From Naegleria gruberi (taxonomy: Eukaryota): a stretch of 64,000 nt of DNA. The stretch lies in the NCBI GenBank assembly GCA_000004985.1, contig GG738859.1. The stretch is one strand, 5' to 3'. Below are positions 19,504-31,018 of the stretch, in pieces. The first letter of the stretch is position 1. Each line of letters opens with the position of its first letter. The position numbers were made by a program, and so were the translations under genes. The notes beneath the pieces are model-generated. The model was not told the origin of the DNA. It saw only the letters and a program-made list of their open reading frames with translations, and ran no database searches.

Positions 19504-21924
19504 TTATTCGTCATCGTCTGAATCTTCTTCGCTGTCTTCTTCGCCTTCCTCAATGTCTTGTTCAAAATCATGTTTTCTCTTCTTGTTGGATTTAATACTT
19601 CCTGATTCTTCGTCATCGTCGTCTTCGTCCTTATTCTTTCTCTTCTTTCCTAGAGCATCCCTAATACCTGCTTCTTCATCATCGAGATCTTCATCAGAAT
19701 CATCTTCCATGTCAAGATCAGTTCCTAAGGCATCAATAAGTCCACCCATTTCATCATCCTCATCATCTTGCTCTTCTTCAGAATCAGATCCCATAATTTC
19801 CTCCTCATCAGAATCATCTTTAATTTCTTCTTCTTCATCTTCATCGACGAGGTCAACCATTTCGTCATCCTTTTCGTCTTCTTCGTCTGCTTCTTCATCA
19901 GCCTTGAATTCATCATCGTCTTCATCTGCTTGGAATGCATTGAGTAAACCAGCATCGATATCACCATCCACTTTCATGTTACCTTCTTCTGGAGGTACTT
20001 CCTCTTCATCATCTGATAAATAAACCTTCTTCTTGCTTGGCTTTTCCTGCACTTCAAGCACTTCAACAACATCAATTTTGGATTTCTTTGAACTTTTCTT
20101 GCTTGGCTTTTCTGTTGTTGCTGTTGCTGTTGCTGTTGTTTCAGCAATTGATTCCTCCTTTACATCAAAGCCAAAGTTTTGCTTAAGTTTTGGTAAACTC
20201 AGATAGAAATTGACTTCATTAAATGGATTGAAGTCTGGCTTCTTATTTTCGTCTTCCTTAGCTAAACTGACAAGTTCAGCACCACCTCTTGACATTCTCG
20301 AAATCATCTTTCTTGCAAAAGAACTTTGAGTATCTGGACTTACACCCATCGAATTGAAACACATTAATATCTTTTCTGTTGTCATTTTAGTGTCTTTTTG
20401 TATAGCAGCAACGAGTTCTTTCCTCATATAGAAATTACACATGAGTAAGGCAGATGCAAGAAGGTGACAAGCAATACGAACTTGTACAGTTTTACAAATA
20501 AATTTGTCAACATTCAAATGTCTCAATTCTCTTGGTCTAGTCTTTTCATCAGTAACAGCAAAACGAAGAAGTAAATCTTGAAGACATTTTGAAGATTTTG
20601 GAAGGAAGAGATATGGGTGTTTCTTCATTGCTTCAACTGGAGCATTTGGGAAAATAGCTTCAACACTTTCAATACCAGTATCCTTCTTTTCTTTCTTTTT
20701 TTCTTCCTTTTCTTCCTTTTCCTTCTTTCCAGCTTTCTTAGTTTGTTTACGATCAAGAATTCCATTTACATAACAAGTTCTAATAATATTTTGAGCATGA
20801 TCCTTGAATCTTTTAGCTTGTGAAATTTGGAAAAGACCCAACATGACCATATAATAATGAGCAATAGCTGGAATGTCACCAGCAACAGTTTGTAAGAATG
20901 TTGAGAAATCCTTTTGATTATCCGTTTCCTCTTGATCAGAATCTTGTTCGTCATCACTAGTAATGAACTTTTTCTTTTTCTTTCTCTGTTCTTTAGAGAC
21001 AGCATTCCAATTCCTATTATCAATTATTGAACCAAAATAGGTTTGTAAGAATTGTGGAAGGTGGGTGAAATCTGATGTTGATTTAATATTCACATTAACA
21101 TCTTCACTCAAAGCACCTGTTTCTTCAGTGGCATCTTCAAGAACTGCCCAAACTTTTTGAAGTGACTTGTTTCTATTGTGTTTTTCCTCAAATTGTTCAA
21201 TGAGTTGTTTCTCTGAAAATAATAAATCCCTCTTTAAATCAAGAACTTCATGTAAATGAGTTGTATGAATATTGAAACTTGGCATGTACTGTTGCATAGT
21301 AGACAAGGCAGAAGCTCTTGTTGTTTTTCCGACCAATGTTTGCAATTCTTGTAATTGAGCCTTTCTCAAATCAGTTGCTGAAGTAGTAGCTCTCTTTTCT
21401 TGAATTTTAGTGTATTTCTTAGAGTTGAAAAGTGTGAGACCATCGTTTTTAACAATGGCACCACCAAGTACTCTCTTTTCAAAGAATTGTTTGTATGTGA
21501 TACCTGGTTGGACAGAATCAATTCCTCCTTGTTCAATTTCCCTCTTTAAAGTTTCCTTTCTTTCAATATTTTGTTTAGAGTCCTCGTTAATAACATAAAA
21601 TTCAGGTACATCAATAATTGTTGGCTTGCTTTTACCTTGTTTTACTACAGCCAATAAATATTTAGACCCTTGATTTGTGTTATTTGATGAAAATTGCATT
21701 GTTTTAGATTCTCCGTATAAGAAAGACTTGGATTCTTCATCTCGCACTAATGTAAAGTGTACATTAGAAATATTAGGAGGTGCAGAGATTGAATTTGAAA
21801 ATTGAACAACACATGGTGTTGTCAAGGATGTTTTTTTGCTCTTTTTAGAGGAGCTTCTTGTCTTCTTTTCATCCTCTGAAGATGATGAAGATGACTCCAC
21901 TGGCTTGTTTTTGTGTTTACCCAT
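19504..21924 (-). CDS. nuclear/nucleolar-type protein with long D/E-rich acidic C-terminal tail (806 aa); N-terminal region weakly resembles RNA polymerase I subunit A49/PAF53 dimerisation domain
   Basis: Uninterrupted ORF. N-terminus ...CVVQFSNSI...VHFTLVRDEE...PTIIDVPEFYVINED loosely recalls POLR1E/A49. Lys-rich patches and a ~200-aa Asp/Glu tail follow. The +strand ORF 19421..20023 (poly-Ser) is the antisense of this acidic tail. Confidence 0.45.
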   Translation of the reverse strand: MGKHKNKPVESSSSSSEDEKKTRSSSKKSKKTSLTTPCVVQFSNSISAPPNISNVHFTLVRDEESKSFLYGESKTMQFSSNNTNQGSKYLLAVVKQGKSKPTIIDVPEFYVINEDSKQNIERKETLKREIEQGGIDSVQPGITYKQFFEKRVLGGAIVKNDGLTLFNSKKYTKIQEKRATTSATDLRKAQLQELQTLVGKTTRASALSTMQQYMPSFNIHTTHLHEVLDLKRDLLFSEKQLIEQFEEKHNRNKSLQKVWAVLEDATEETGALSEDVNVNIKSTSDFTHLPQFLQTYFGSIIDNRNWNAVSKEQRKKKKKFITSDDEQDSDQEETDNQKDFSTFLQTVAGDIPAIAHYYMVMLGLFQISQAKRFKDHAQNIIRTCYVNGILDRKQTKKAGKKEKEEKEEKKKEKKDTGIESVEAIFPNAPVEAMKKHPYLFLPKSSKCLQDLLLRFAVTDEKTRPRELRHLNVDKFICKTVQVRIACHLLASALLMCNFYMRKELVAAIQKDTKMTTEKILMCFNSMGVSPDTQSSFARKMISRMSRGGAELVSLAKEDENKKPDFNPFNEVNFYLSLPKLKQNFGFDVKEESIAETTATATATTEKPSKKSSKKSKIDVVEVLEVQEKPSKKKVYLSDDEEEVPPEEGNMKVDGDIDAGLLNAFQADEDDDEFKADEEADEEDEKDDEMVDLVDEDEEEEIKDDSDEEEIMGSDSEEEQDDEDDEMGGLIDALGTDLDMEDDSDEDLDDEEAGIRDALGKKRKNKDEDDDDEESGSIKSNKKRKHDFEQDIEEGEEDSEEDSDDDE

Positions 21925-22095
21925 TTTTTTTCAAATTCAAAAAATTATTATTCAAATTATTTTTGAATGTGAAAGCGTTTCTCTTATGTTTGGGTGTTTG
22001 CCAGTGTGGTAACAGTCACACAGATCGGATTTAAGAAAACAAGTTTGTTTATTTTGTTATTATCTTGAATATGTACAATGTGAAGGGAAACATGA

Positions 22096-23211
22096 TTATA
22101 TAATGTTCAGTGTTTCCAAATCCTTTTGAAGCAAGATATTCTTCACATCATTAAAGACCATCTTGATATTATTGGTGTTGGTGGCTGTTGTTACATGGCT
22201 ATAGAGTTGAGTATTCTTAGAGTTAAGTGATTTGAATTTGTTAATGATGAAATCTCGAGCTGATTCATATTGATGTCCTCCATGGTAATCACTAAAGGCC
22301 ACTCTCAGATCTGCATTCTTAATCTTTTCTCTGAACAGATCATCCTTGTTGAATAAGACAATAATTGGAATGGACTTGAAACAATCAAGCTCACAAATTT
22401 CTCTAAAAAGAAGTAAGCTTTCGTGTATTCTATTGGTAGTCTTATCTTCCTCTAAATTCATATCAAAATCATTAAGTGAGCAAATAAACACGACAGCTGT
22501 AGTATCCACAAAGGCATGAATCCACTTTCTTCTCTCCGTCCTTTGACCACCAACATCTGTGAATTTCCATCTGTATCCATCGGCATCAAATTCAACCTCA
22601 GTAATACCTAGGGTGGTTAATCTGGCTTTGATGATGTCTTCCTGGGTGGCTACATAATCTGGTTTGCATATTCTTTCACAATGATCCAGGAAACTGTTGA
22701 ATTACCAATGATGAAAATTAATTAATATATATTAATTAGAACAATCATTTCTTAAATAACATCTTCAAATAACTTACTATTCAATAGTGTCATTGATGGT
22801 AAATTCAGATCTTTTGGCCAAACACTGTTTCATGCCTGGATCTTTCCACAGTTTTGCAATCTTTCCAGCAATATCCTCTCCATAATTCTCGGTTTTTGTT
22901 GTTAGGATTTTTTGAATTTCAATAACAGGCTCCTTAGCAATAGACATTATCATTGAGGCTGTATCTTCATTCTCCTTCATCAACTCAATTCCTAGATCGT
23001 GCATTGCTTTGAGTATTGCCGAACATCCCTCAATCAAATTCTCTCTCACCACATTCGACATGGAAATCTTTTCCTTCTCTGTGAAGGGCTTATTATTAAT
23101 AATTCTCAATTGTTTAAAGAGTGTACTCTTTCCACTTTGAGCCGTACCTAGCAAAATGAGCTTTAACACTCTCTTTGGTTCATCTTCACCTCCACAGTCA
23201 AAGCAGCCCAT
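22096..23211 (-). CDS. heterotrimeric G protein alpha subunit (divergent), 2 exons (~23211-22778, ~22693-22096), ~344 aa
   Basis: MGCFDCGG... (N-terminal Gly/Cys lipidation signals), P-loop LLGTAQSGKST, switch/G3 DVGGQRTERRKW, NKDD (NKxD), TTATNT (TCAT-like). Intron has GTAAGT donor / CAG acceptor. The helical-domain region is divergent. Confidence 0.85.
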
Positions 23212-23670
23212 TTTTTTCTTAATAATTTAATCCTTAAGGATTTTACTTCTTAACGGTCAAAAGAAAAAGACTTGATGAATCGTTCCTTCTTTCCAATGCA
23301 TGAATATATAAAGCAGTGAATTAAAAATGGAACAAAAAATTCAAAATTCCTTAACATTGTTTTTCAATTCAATTGAAGTAATTGACCATGAATGGGTAGT
23401 TTTTTAGTTCTACGGAGTTTCAAACTCCAGCAATCTATCATAATTTTATTAGAAAAAGAACAAGCAATTCTCTTTATGATTTCTAATTTAAAAAAATGAG
23501 AAAACGTTGCTGAGCAACACATAATCATCAATTATTACATTCATTAAAACAATTATTGATCAGTAAAGAGAATTTAAAATCGGATACTATTTACTATTCA
23601 TTTATACATCATCAGCATCATTTAGAAAAATATATATCTTGTTGTTGTTATTACATAAGACAAGGTGAGA

Positions 23671-26600
23671 ATGAGATTACCAATTCCTCAAAATGTAATG
23701 CCGAATAATATGGCAAATAATCATCATCATCCTCCTCATCATCATCAAAATAATAATTACCCTAAACATCATTATCATGCCCATTCACGATTTAATGTTA
23801 ATACTCAACAAAAGCATTTACCACTTTTCAGAAGGGATTTTATTATAGTGGCTGAGTTTTGTGAACAGAAGGGTCCGACACCTCTTCTCGTCTTGCCAAA
23901 TGATCGAGCCTTGGAACGTTTCAATGTTCAAAAGTTTGTAACAAGAGTATTGGCTGGTGATCACACAAGGAAACACGACAAGTTGGGAGATAATTGTACT
24001 TGGATTTGTCCAGAGGATACTCAAGTCTACTTGACAGATTCTGCTCAAGGAGCTTTTGCCTATGTATGTTTCAAAATCAATTCATTATTGGAAATTAATT
24101 TTTACTATCTTTCTCTGTTAACTTTACTGTTTATTTATCTTGTTTGATTATCAATCATCTACACAACAACAGGTACATCACATTACACTTCATGATATCA
24201 ATGCAAGAGGATATGTTAGACCAATGGTCATGTGCTATGTGACCAATGATAAGGATAAAATAATGCACCATTTTGAATACTTGCTAAATACCTTTACACA
24301 AGTTTCACAAACACTCAAGTATGGAAACAATTGTAAATTCTTGAGCGATACTCAACATCAATTATATGGAATTCAGAAAATAGAAATGAAATTACATCCC
24401 AACAGTGGAAATGAACTGTCTTCACCAAGTATTAGTTCCTCACAGGAATTATCAAATGAAGAAAAAATTGAAAAACGTTGGAGAGAAATGTCAGAAGGTT
24501 TATTCTCTCCCAACAATGAGAATGCACTTTCAAAGGATACTTTCGAATTGGTAATGAAAGAATTGAAGGATTTGAGACGAAGATTCATGATACACATGAA
24601 CAAGTCCTCATCCATACTGAAACCAAAAAAGAAGACTCAAAAAAACAAAAAGAATTCCAAATCAGGTCCATTACAAAATCATACATATTTATTTGAAGAA
24701 TCGAGGTCAAGATCTGCGAGTAATAGCTCACAATCTACCTATGGAGCTGGGTCCACAGAGGAAGATAATTCCGATCAGGAAGTTTCTTCGCTAGGAGATC
24801 CTAGTAGTGGTGACTACAAAGTAGTTCAAATTGTACATAATAGCAGCAGTGGAAACAAATTGGAGGAAAATGATTTCAATGAAGAATTGGATGAAGAGTC
24901 TACCGAACTCATCCTCAATAAGATTGCTGATGAGGAAACTCTTGATACGGGGTTAATCGATCATATTTACATGTCGTTTAGTGCTGGAACTTCCTCAGTT
25001 TCATCTCTACATTTACATCCAACATTTGCAGTTAATCCTAAGGCAAATCTGAATGCTGTACCATATAAGAGTTCGCATTTTGTTGGAGGGTTTAGTGGTG
25101 CTAGTGTTGGTGCTCCAACAACAGCCTTCTTGTCCTCTCCTCATCAAGGTTCACATATTCAAAACACATCTCATATGGTGAATGTACTGAATGATATTAG
25201 TGATTCTCCATATTTGAACAGCATTTCCAGTCCAACATTCAATGCAATGAATTCTCTCAAGGTTCAAAATCCTGACTTTGTGGAATTGTATGAGACTGGT
25301 CTTTCTGTGTCCTCTCATAATTTGAAACAATTCATGCCAACCATTTTAAGATGTATCCACAGAAATACTAATTTTGAAACCACCCTGAGAACGTTAGCTC
25401 AAATTGCTGGACAGAAATTTTATGAAACATCGGTTGATTTGATGTTGAATATTATCGAACATTTCTATAGAGATTGTGATGTTATTGATATGGAAAATGC
25501 CGACTTGGATATTATCAATTCGAATGACCTTAACTCAATGCTCTTCATTGGAAGAAACTTTTTATTGGACTTTAATATTGAAAATGGTTATCATTACCCA
25601 CCAACGTTAAGCAATACCACATTTACAAAGAGCTTCCAATACCAATCAGCTCTGAATACTAGTGCTAGCATCAACTCTTCCAATGATGAAGTTTCATGGT
25701 TAGACAATGAAAATACATACAATGATGCTGAAGATGAGGCACTATCAACCATCTCTCATGATGAGCAAGACAATCCACTATTTGGAAGCTTCCCTTCCTC
25801 CTCTCCTGTGATGGCAAACAACTCTATCGAACAAAGCAACTCTCTTTCAACCAACAACAGTGACCGCTTTCAACTGTACAGAAATGGATTCAAGGGCACT
25901 GGTTCCTATGTCAATAGTCTATTCCAAGAATATGACAAGTATGATGAATTATTCCACGAATTGAAAAAGAGAAAACATAATTCCTCCAATTATACTGCAT
26001 CAAATAATAACCAAAATCAATCCCTTCTAACCTCTCTCCTGTTTGAATATAATTATGGTGAGCATAGTTACGGAAAAGGAATATTAAGGTTTTTCAGAGA
26101 ATTTTCATTCACAAAAGATATTGCCTACTCCATCATGATTGGTCGACCTATAGTAATATATGCAGATTCTAATCAAGAACAGTAAGTATTAGATCACCAC
26201 TCTTTTCAAAAATTAATTAATACTTTTATCCAATACAGAATTGTAAGAAGTATTGTCAACTCCCTAGCTTTATTCATACCAGGGTTTATCAATGGAACAT
26301 TTGAAAATACAAAGAATGACTACTTTTCTGTTTGTTATTGGAAGACCACTCCAATCAATGTAAGTTTTTTCAGCAACATTCAATATCAACTCTGAAAAGA
26401 TTCTTGATTTTTCCACAAACAAGATTATTGGGCTGAGTAAGAAAGTTCATTTCCCTACAACATTCGAATCTTGGGTGAGCATTTTGGATTTGGAAAATGA
26501 ACTCTATACTGGACCAAGCTATTATGGAAGATATTTGGATATTATCTTTGATGAGTCAAAGGAGTGGTTTACTGAGGATGCATTCTTGGCCTTTACGCAT

Positions 26601-27083
26601 GCCATCTTTTTAGAAATGGGCATGAAGGCATCACTCTACAATCAATTGTATTCCATTGCAAAAACTAGAGGGCACTTTTACAAGAAATCCCTCCACAAAA
26701 TCTCAACCACTGATCAAGCACCAAAAGATGGAGGAAGATCATCTCTATTTGGACCAATGTTCCCATCCCTACCACCACAAATGATTCACAAACATAATTC
26801 TCAATCCTCAAAGAAATCCAAACAAAAGAAAGCCTCTCAGCATTCACACAGCTACCCTATTGGTTCAGGTGCTCTGGAATCCATGAAAGATTGCAGTAAG
26901 ACCATCCAAAGACAATTAGGACTCAAATCTTGTGACTCTAAAATAGTTGATTATTTGGTAGATTTGATTCACATTCAGGAATCTATGGAATTAATGTTAA
27001 ATCCAGTCCTTCAAAACTCCATTCGTGTTGACACTGAAGTTTCTCTCAAGCATACCAATAAAAGAAGAAAACAAACCAAGTGA
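23671..27083 (+). CDS. folliculin (FLCN/Lst7)-like protein with long Ser/Asn-rich insertion; 4 exons (~23671-24063, ~24173-26181, ~26239-26359, ~26424-27083)
   Basis: N-terminus FIIVAEFCEQKGPTPLLVLP and ...AFAY | VHHITLHDINARGYVRPMVMCYVT match folliculin HFCELHGP / [24 protein letters not shown]. Donors are GTATGT/GTAAGT with AG acceptors. The C-terminal exons encode a DENN-like region. Confidence 0.55.
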
Positions 27084-28104
27084 GATGGACAATCCACTGT
27101 GGTATTCCTGATAATCGAAAAAGTGACTTATTTTATCAAATTTTCAATTGTTTCAATGATTTAAATTCAATCACAAGATAGATGACAATGAAATGAAACG
27201 GAATTGTTGTACAGTTAATTGAAGATGATCCACTTATCATGTGGTTGTAATAATTTACTTTCATTGTGTTCGCTTCACACTTTGGATCATTTATAGAATG
27301 AGAGTAATTAATTGGAATTTCATTTATTCGAAACCATGAATCCCAACTCTCACGATATTTTTATTCGAATTATCCATCAACAGACATTCAAACACTTTTC
27401 GTGATGAAAAAACTGTAAATGTACTTTTCAATGCTTGTTCCATCATCAATACATTTCAAGTTGGTTCTCAGTGAGAGATATTTCTCTTACCATTCATCTT
27501 ATTGAAAAACAAAGCTCTTTGGAAGTGCTCTAACCCTAAACTAAAAGAAAGATCATTTCGTTTACTTTCGTCTTCAGTTTCTGATTTTGACAACAATCTT
27601 GCATAAGATAATCCCACAAGTCAACCAAATCTCAATTATTGCAACTCATTCCAATGATGTGAATCACTTGCCGAGTATTTCACGCTGCAAGCCAAATAAA
27701 ATTCATGCCTTCTTTTTTAATGGTTGTTCGTCAAAATGATGTATGGAGACGTCAGTTGTCTATCAATAAAAAACAACGTAAAAAAAAACACTTTTCATCC
27801 TCTCGCACACTCACTTCATCCAAAACTTCATCAACGAAGCGAAAAGGACAAACTTGAAAACACAACACACTGATTAAAACATTGAAGTGTGTTCCATTGT
27901 TCATTAAAGGCGTTTTCCTCTCTAAAACATTGAAAAAAAAAAGCGGCGCGCTTTATTTACCGTAAATTTTAAAACATAGATAACACACAACGCAGGAAGT
28001 TGCTTTTGTTTTCTCTCTCACTCTCTAGGAATAAGAAGATAACACACATATAATATTTGTAGATTACAAATTACATACAACAATTGATTTAATATAGAAG
28101 AAAA

Positions 28105-29357
28105 ATGGGTATTTGCGCAACTAAACAACCAGGATCAGTCCAAGCACTGAATGAAATTGAAAAGGGAAGACAACAACAAGAAAGAGAAATTAAAGTCTTG
28201 CTTTTGGGAGCAGGTGAATCTGGTAAGAGTAAGTAATCATAACGATAATTGATGGTGGTTGACCATATACAACAATAACAATTTTAATAACTACAAACTA
28301 CTAATGATTGTTTGTTGAATGAACATGTTTAATAATGGTAATGATGATCATATGAAAACCTTTTATCTTTGTTTCTTCAACTTTAACTGATTATAAATTT
28401 ATATATTGATGATTTATAATAGGTACCATTTTCAAGCAAATGAAGATTATCCATCAAAATGGTTACTCTGAAGAAGAAAGAGAATCATACAAGGAAATTA
28501 TCTACGGTAACATATTAAAAGCCATGAAGAATCTGGTCCAAGCGACCTTCTCTTTTAACATTCCTATTGAACAGGAAGAAAACAGAGAACGTGCTGGTAA
28601 GATCAATGAACTCGAACAAGAAGCTCTGCTACACGTACATAAATATTGGACAGCTGAAATTGCTGACGATATTCAATGTTTGTGGTCAGATCCTGGTATT
28701 CAAAAAGTTTTTGAGAAACGTAACGAATTCCAATTGGACGATTCTGCTCCATACTATTTCACTCACCTTGATAGAATTAAACAAGCTGACTATAAGCCAA
28801 CTTTAGAAGACGTTGTCAGATCAAGAGTCAAGACAACTGGTATTGTAGAAATGAGCTTTAAATTAGATGATAGATCTGTAACCTTGATCGACGTTGGTGG
28901 CCAAAGAAACGAACGTAAAAAGTGGATTCACTGCTTTGAAGGTGTCACTGCTATTATCTTTGTTACATCACTGAGTGAGTATGATCAAAGATGTTATGAA
29001 GATGATTCCACCAACCGTATGCATGAATCCTTGCTATTGTTCGACGAAATTTGTAACTCTAGATGGTTCATGGATACATCCATTATCTTGTTCTTGAACA
29101 AGATGGATTTGTTCAAGGAAAAGATCAAGAGAACTGATCTCAGTCAATTCTTCCAAGAATATGAAGGTGGTAGAAACTTTGAAACTGCTGCCAGCTTTAT
29201 TCGTTCTAAATTCGAAGAAAAGAACAGAAATCCAAGACACAAGACCATCTATGCTCACTTTACATGTGCCACAGATACACAACAATTACAACAGGTCTTT
29301 GATGCCATCAAGGATATCATTCTTAACAAGACTTTAAGAGAACAAGGTCTTTTCTAA
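28105..29357 (+). CDS. G protein alpha subunit, Galpha-i/GPA1-class (352 aa); 2 exons (~28105-28228, ~28423-29357)
   Basis: MGICATKQ...KVLLLGAGESGK | STIFKQMKIIHQNGYSEEE...RVKTTGIVE...DVGGQRNERKKWIHCFEGVTAIIF...SIILFLNKMDLFKEKI...FTCATDTQQ...REQGLF. All G1-G5 boxes are canonical. The ~194-nt intron (GTAAGT...TATAATAG) falls in the P-loop codons. Confidence 0.9.
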
Positions 29358-29575
29358 ATGTCCTCCCACATTGTCATATTACTCTATTATCAACCCAAAA
29401 GAACTTTTCCAATTCTCTTTCCCCACAAACAATCACACATAAAACATCGAATGAAAATAAGTGTTCAATTTTGTAAATAACATAATACTTCAATTCCAAT
29501 TAAATAAAAACACATTAAAAACATTATGAAACAAACGAGTGAGCGAACAAACTCAAATAATGAAAGAACTAAAAA

Positions 29576-30661
29576 ATGGGTGCAAAACAAAGCAGGAATA
29601 GTGCAAAGAAAGTAGACGAAAGCTCATCCACAATACAAGAGAAGAAAATACAAGAAAGAACCGTTATGCTTTTCTCAAAATGCGGAGCAAGTACATTCAG
29701 CAGACAACTCACGAATGATAAATTACATGATAAAAATCAAATTGACTATTGTTGTCATGCTCTGTTATCACGAATGGAAAATTTTGATGAATTTTATTCT
29801 ATGGATGAAGAATTTGCAAGATTAAAGAATTTCAATCAATTTAATAGAATTCCAAGACCTAGGGAAATGCTTACAAGAATTTGGAAACATGACGAAATGA
29901 GACGAATCTTAATGGAAAAGTATCACAATGTTTGGAGATTTGAAAATTTATCTTTATTTATGGAACACTTATTGAATGGAAATTTTGATAATCAATTGGA
30001 AAATCCTTTTACATATGCTTCAACAAAAACAACAGGTGTTATAATTAGTGATTTCATTCATAGTGATCCAATTATTGGTCAACCCATTAAATACAATCTA
30101 GCAGAAATTGGAGGATCTAGAAGTGAATGGAAGAAAGCATTTATCTGTTTTGAAAATGTTTATTTTATATTCTTCTTTTGTGGACTTTCGGATTTTCATG
30201 ATAATCCTAACTATGATTTCGAACATGAATTTGTAAAATTCAATTATGTTTTTACCTGCAATAAGTTTCATGAGATTAATCCAAATTGTAGAATAATATT
30301 CTTATTTACAAAACCAGACATCTTACAATCAAAGCTTAAAAGGGGCAGTATTTATGACATTAAGAAGAATTATGAAATAAGGGAAGAATTGAAACAAATA
30401 TCAAATGAAAATGAAAGAAATGTCATCAATTCCATAGTATGTGATTTTTTTGCAGAGCACGAGACGGAGTATCACATTGTAAATTTACTAAATAAGGAGG
30501 AGGTTAATCAGGTGAGAGATTTGATTTTGAGTGGAGTGAAATCAAGGTTTCCATTCATTTCTAAATGTTTGAGAGATGAAGGAAAATGGAGGCAAGTTCT
30601 TTTCAGAATATTGAAAGATTCTAAACTTGGTGATATTTCAATAATTGCCAGAGGTGAATAA
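29576..30661 (+). CDS. G-alpha-like protein with degenerate nucleotide-binding motifs (predicted pseudo-GTPase), 361 aa, single exon
   Basis: MGAKQSR (myristoylation-type MGxxxS). Where the P-loop aligns it reads TVMLFSKCGASTFSRQL instead of LLLLGAGESGKSTIxKQM. Switch I STKTTGV is retained. G3 is EIGGSRSEWKK (catalytic Gln->Ser). NKxD becomes TKPD. Collinear with Galpha through WIHCFEGV->AFICFENV and ILFLNK->FLFTKP. Confidence 0.7.
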   Translation: MGAKQSRNSAKKVDESSSTIQEKKIQERTVMLFSKCGASTFSRQLTNDKLHDKNQIDYCCHALLSRMENFDEFYSMDEEFARLKNFNQFNRIPRPREMLTRIWKHDEMRRILMEKYHNVWRFENLSLFMEHLLNGNFDNQLENPFTYASTKTTGVIISDFIHSDPIIGQPIKYNLAEIGGSRSEWKKAFICFENVYFIFFFCGLSDFHDNPNYDFEHEFVKFNYVFTCNKFHEINPNCRIIFLFTKPDILQSKLKRGSIYDIKKNYEIREELKQISNENERNVINSIVCDFFAEHETEYHIVNLLNKEEVNQVRDLILSGVKSRFPFISKCLRDEGKWRQVLFRILKDSKLGDISIIARGE

Positions 30662-30719
30662 ATGTATTTAATTGTATTATTTTGAAATATATAGACAGTA
30701 CTAATAATATGAAGGAGAA

Positions 30720-30792
30720 GCCGACATAGCTCAGTTGGGAGAGCGTAAGACTGAAGATCTTAAGGTCCCTGGTTCGATCCCTGGTGTCGGCA
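30720..30792 (+). tRNA. tRNA-Phe (anticodon GAA), second copy
   Basis: 73-nt sequence identical to the copy at 8044..8116. Followed by AAATTTTAG (T-run). Confidence 0.9.
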
Positions 30793-31018
30793 AATTTTAG
30801 ATTTTAGTGTCTTCCCTTAACTGCACAATAGCCATTTTCATAACGATGCAATCTCAAAATAAATTCATGTTAAAAAAATGTTAGAAAAAAATTAATTCTT
30901 TCATTTTTGGTAGTTTACCATTTTGGTTAATTTATCTTCAATATTTGCTATTATCCTTTTTTGTTTTTTTTACTTTTTGGCTACCTTTTCCAAGTTATCT
31001 TTAAAAAAAACAAGCAAA

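Noticed and set aside
19421-20023. ORF encoding a ~200-aa poly-Ser protein on the + strand
   Set aside because: Exact antisense of the GAA/GAT-rich region encoding the Asp/Glu tail of the 19504..21924 gene. Composition-driven artefact.
30923-31018. ORF-track start of the MDR oxidoreductase at 30923 (and several other track ORFs beginning with M)
   Set aside because: Several track ORFs start at TTG/GTG codons rendered as M (e.g. 40687 and 40961 are TTG, 45669 and 23665 are GTG). For the oxidoreductase the first ATG in frame is at ~31019 (MVESPILQK), and the upstream segment is more likely 5' UTR.
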